Assembly (NCBI GenBank): GCA_903944895.1 | Contig: CAJATL010000226.1 | Span: 7,762-71,761, forward strand | Direction: 5' to 3' | DNA length: 64,000 bases | DNA from: an uncultured Bacteroidota bacterium | GTDB lineage: Bacteria; Bacteroidota; Bacteroidia; Bacteroidales; 4484-276 | Part shown: in pieces, positions 61,674-64,000 of the stretch | Position numbering within the stretch: position 1 is the stretch's first letter | Layout of the letters: every line of letters begins with the position of its first letter | Translations under genes and position numbers: made by a program | Notes under the pieces: model-generated | Told to the model about the DNA's origin: nothing | The model's input: only the letters and a program-made list of their open reading frames with translations | Database searches by the model: none

Positions 61674-61854
61674 TGCATTTTTTCCCGAATTGATTACCAT
61701 AATTTTGCCCCACAATCATTACACCAGCAATACCTACACCAGTAACAAAGTACACACTGTCTTTAAGCAAGTAGCTTAGTATTGAAGAAATAATCATCAA
61801 CACAAAGCCACTTGCTTTTGTGAATGTAATTGTTAACCTGAAAACTTTACTCAT
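61660..61854 (-). CDS. two-TM small protein, holin-like (64 aa)
   Basis: TM1 ASGFVLMIISSILSYLL. TM2 VYFVTGVGIAGVMIVG. Charged C-terminus. Confidence 0.45.
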   Translation of the reverse strand: MSKVFRLTITFTKASGFVLMIISSILSYLLKDSVYFVTGVGIAGVMIVGQNYGNQFGKKCNENT

Positions 61855-62590
61855 TTAACCAGTAAATTTTATATTTTTTGCTCTTGTAATTAGACCCACT
61901 GTTCTTTAATGGCTCGGCATTTATTGTAAGGTAGAAGTACCCCTTTGCAACGTCTTGCTTACTAAACCGGACGGTACAGGCATTTAAAAAGATAATACCG
62001 TTCTTTCCTTTTGATATTGTAAGTTTCGCGGTAGTTTCAGAAAGTTCTGGTGTAAAGGAGCCGGTGGTCCATTGCGGGGTTAATTTGGAATACCCAGGAA
62101 GGAATTGATAAAATTTAAGTGCCTTTGAGGTGGTTGGTTTATCAATTAAAAATTCCGTGACCTCCGGCCAGATGGGTTTCATCGAGTAGTATAGATTATC
62201 TTTTACGGTAATAACACCAAGGGGAACAAAGGTAGCGTACTCCCCGGAAAATGATATTGTTTTTAGCTGCGTTATCACACCTCCACGGCACCGGCCCCAA
62301 TAAATACTGTCCGACCCTAAAAATCCATTTTTCAATAGAACGTCACTGTCGTTTGCAAAGGCCATCGCAAACCCGACACTTGACTTACTCCACTTAACTG
62401 CATTAGCGTAATACACATCACTAATTTTGTAGATTGAATAAATGCTGTCACCGGACTGATACCAATCATTATCAACCGGGTTAATCTTGTACAGCTTAAT
62501 TGGAAAACTGCCGTTATTCCACGCTAACGGATTCTGCGCTACTGCAAATACTGATACAATCATCAGTATCATTAAAACTACATTTTTCAT
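61847..62590 (-). CDS. secreted protein of unknown function (247 aa)
   Basis: Signal peptide MKNVVLMILMIVSVFAVAQ. Confidence 0.6.
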   Translation of the reverse strand: MKNVVLMILMIVSVFAVAQNPLAWNNGSFPIKLYKINPVDNDWYQSGDSIYSIYKISDVYYANAVKWSKSSVGFAMAFANDSDVLLKNGFLGSDSIYWGRCRGGVITQLKTISFSGEYATFVPLGVITVKDNLYYSMKPIWPEVTEFLIDKPTTSKALKFYQFLPGYSKLTPQWTTGSFTPELSETTAKLTISKGKNGIIFLNACTVRFSKQDVAKGYFYLTINAEPLKNSGSNYKSKKYKIYWLNE

Positions 62591-62614
62591 ACTTGTTAAA
62601 TTTTGATTTATAAT

Positions 62615-63052
62615 TTATTTTGAAACAACTTCAAATTCTTCTGTTCTTGATGTCATTACTATTTCCCTTAGTGGATTAACCCGGTATGTCCATGTAATAA
62701 CTATGTAATATTTTCCAGGGCTTACAAATTGTGGTATCGCAATGTCGTGATTCCATACCTCATAATCTCCTTTTGGAAGGAATGAAGCTATGTCAGAGAA
62801 ATTAATCTGAACATGGTTTACAAGCGTATGGTTGGCTCTTGCCGGGACGTTCATTAGTTTGTGGTACTCTACATAATACTTTACAACCTCACCCTGCTTT
62901 ATCACTTTCTTTTCAACCGGAAATGGGTTGTCTCCAAAATTTGCAGGTTCAAATGGGTAGAATAATAGATACCCGATGTACCCAAACAAACACAAAGTAA
63001 ATACAATCACAATCATTGCCAGGTGATTTAACACCTTTTCTCTTTTTGTCAT
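62615..63052 (-). CDS. N-terminally anchored membrane protein (145 aa)
   Basis: TM segment LAMIVIVFTLCLFGYIGYLLF. Confidence 0.6.
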   Translation of the reverse strand: MTKREKVLNHLAMIVIVFTLCLFGYIGYLLFYPFEPANFGDNPFPVEKKVIKQGEVVKYYVEYHKLMNVPARANHTLVNHVQINFSDIASFLPKGDYEVWNHDIAIPQFVSPGKYYIVITWTYRVNPLREIVMTSRTEEFEVVSK

Positions 63053-63321
63053 TATTGGTTGAATATTAATTTCATTATTGCATAACCTGCACCCATCAAA
63101 ACTACTCCAACCAAACCAAATACAATGTTTCGGATCGGGAGAATTTTTTCGTCGAATAATTTACATGAAGATTCAAATTCACTCTTGGTGACAAAATCAC
63201 CCTTTAAGTCTCTCTTGATATCCTTGACATCAACCTCCATTACCTTCAACTTCTCATCCATTCTTGCCAGAATAGTTTCAACAGATTCTTGTTCTTTCAT
63301 ATTTTCTAAATCTTCGGCCAT
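63052..63321 (-). CDS. C-terminally anchored coiled-coil membrane protein (89 aa)
   Basis: TM segment VFGLVGVVLMGAGYAIMKLIF. Confidence 0.55.
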   Translation of the reverse strand: MAEDLENMKEQESVETILARMDEKLKVMEVDVKDIKRDLKGDFVTKSEFESSCKLFDEKILPIRNIVFGLVGVVLMGAGYAIMKLIFNQ

Positions 63322-63355
63322 TATTGTAGTTTAAAAAAAAGTTCATCATTCCTTT

Positions 63356-63799
63356 TTAAAGTTCCTGATCCGGGCGGTCTTCTTTCACCATTTTGCCGGC
63401 TGTTATCAAAGCATTAAATATTTCCTGATGCTGCGGGAGAATCTGATTAAAATAGATGATGCGCTGATTTCCTTTTTTCACAATCGGAAATTCTTCATCG
63501 GTAAAATACACATAAAAAGCAGGATATTCGAGTATCAGGCTTTTGTCGCATAAAATTCGGATGGCAAAATCAGGATGTTCCCAAAGCTCCAGCGGTGTCT
63601 TCTCCCTCACAGTGTAACCGATTACCCACTTACCTTCAACCAATTCTTCATGCCTTTCAGAAACCTGGTTATCTGTAATTGAAGGATATTCTTCTTCAAC
63701 TACTTCAACCCATTGTCCTTTGTTTGCTGAAATTACTGGTGCTACTTCAAAATCATGGTATTGAAGTAACTGATTATCTTTTATTAATGCGTGTTTCAT
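63356..63799 (-). CDS. hypothetical protein (147 aa)
   Basis: Track ORF. Confidence 0.6.
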   Translation of the reverse strand: MKHALIKDNQLLQYHDFEVAPVISANKGQWVEVVEEEYPSITDNQVSERHEELVEGKWVIGYTVREKTPLELWEHPDFAIRILCDKSLILEYPAFYVYFTDEEFPIVKKGNQRIIYFNQILPQHQEIFNALITAGKMVKEDRPDQEL

Positions 63800-63811
63800 T
63801 TGATTTAATTT

Positions 63812-64000
63812 TTAAAATTGCCGAATTGCACGAACATAAAAATTATTTTCCTTTGAATAATTACTTTGCGTTCCATTTACTAAATATTGCAGGTTTGCAC
63901 TAGTAGAATCTATTTGTGTCGAACTCCAATAATATCCTGCTGTAAAATTACCAATTCCATTTACTTTAAGTATTGTGTACATTAAGTTAAGTTCATCCTT
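63812..64000 (-). CDS. C-terminal fragment of a DUF1566 (Lcl C-terminal)-like protein; N-terminus lies right of window
   Basis: Own translation: KDELNLMYTILKVNGIGNFTAGYYWSSTQIDSTSANLQYLVNGTQSNYSKENNFYVRAIRQF. The frame is open to the window edge. Confidence 0.55.
   Translation of the reverse strand, partial: KDELNLMYTILKVNGIGNFTAGYYWSSTQIDSTSANLQYLVNGTQSNYSKENNFYVRAIRQF

Noticed and set aside
1-64000. CRISPR arrays, diversity-generating retroelements, retrons, transposases/IS elements and canonical tRNA or rRNA genes.
   Set aside because: No regularly spaced direct repeats with unique spacers, no reverse-transcriptase or transposase-like ORF, and no canonical cloverleaf or rRNA-like sequence were seen on either strand.

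Overview
The window reads as most of a temperate tailed-phage or prophage genome. The host looks like Bacteroidota: TAnnTTTG promoter boxes, signal peptides ending in AQ, and many starts without a Shine-Dalgarno. No searches were run; every family name comes from motifs read by eye and should be treated as a hypothesis.

Layout:
(i) 1-36632, minus strand, late module. It runs TerS-like, TerL, an inserted wHTH + HNH island, portal, scaffold, major capsid, about nine tail or virion genes, and two internal-protein-like genes. It ends in one uninterrupted ORF of more than 13.8 kb (over 4626 codons) that runs off the left edge and is absent from the supplied ORF track. That ORF has polyvalent-protein features: an SNF2 helicase, two HExxH zincin motifs, a ParB-like region, an FtsK-gamma-like wHTH, a coiled coil and hydrophobic Gly-rich segments.
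(ii) 36.6-49.8 kb, plus strand, early module. About 40 small translationally coupled genes, many under 60 aa and so missing from the track. They include a RadC/JAB-like gene, a DUF6573-like gene, an ASCH-like gene and an NPPF methyltransferase. Also here are a 900 bp non-coding region with 10-bp iterons and a non-canonical tRNA-like element, and a repeated hairpin + GTAAACTAACTAAAT cassette in front of genes.
(iii) 49.8-61 kb, minus strand. RusA-like resolvase, GT1 glycosyltransferase, SSB with a DDLPF tail, two more methyltransferase-like genes, DnaB helicase and a tyrosine integrase.
(iv) 61.2-64 kb, minus strand. A membrane and secreted cluster: holin-like protein, u-spanin-like lipoprotein and a DUF1566-like C-terminus.

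Most notable observations:
- The hidden giant ORF.
- Three sRNA-like modules (seed + terminator) whose seed is complementary to the conserved early-gene leader motif.
- Two genes carrying single in-frame stops (TAA, TAG) inside tightly coupled operons.
- The tRNA-like element.
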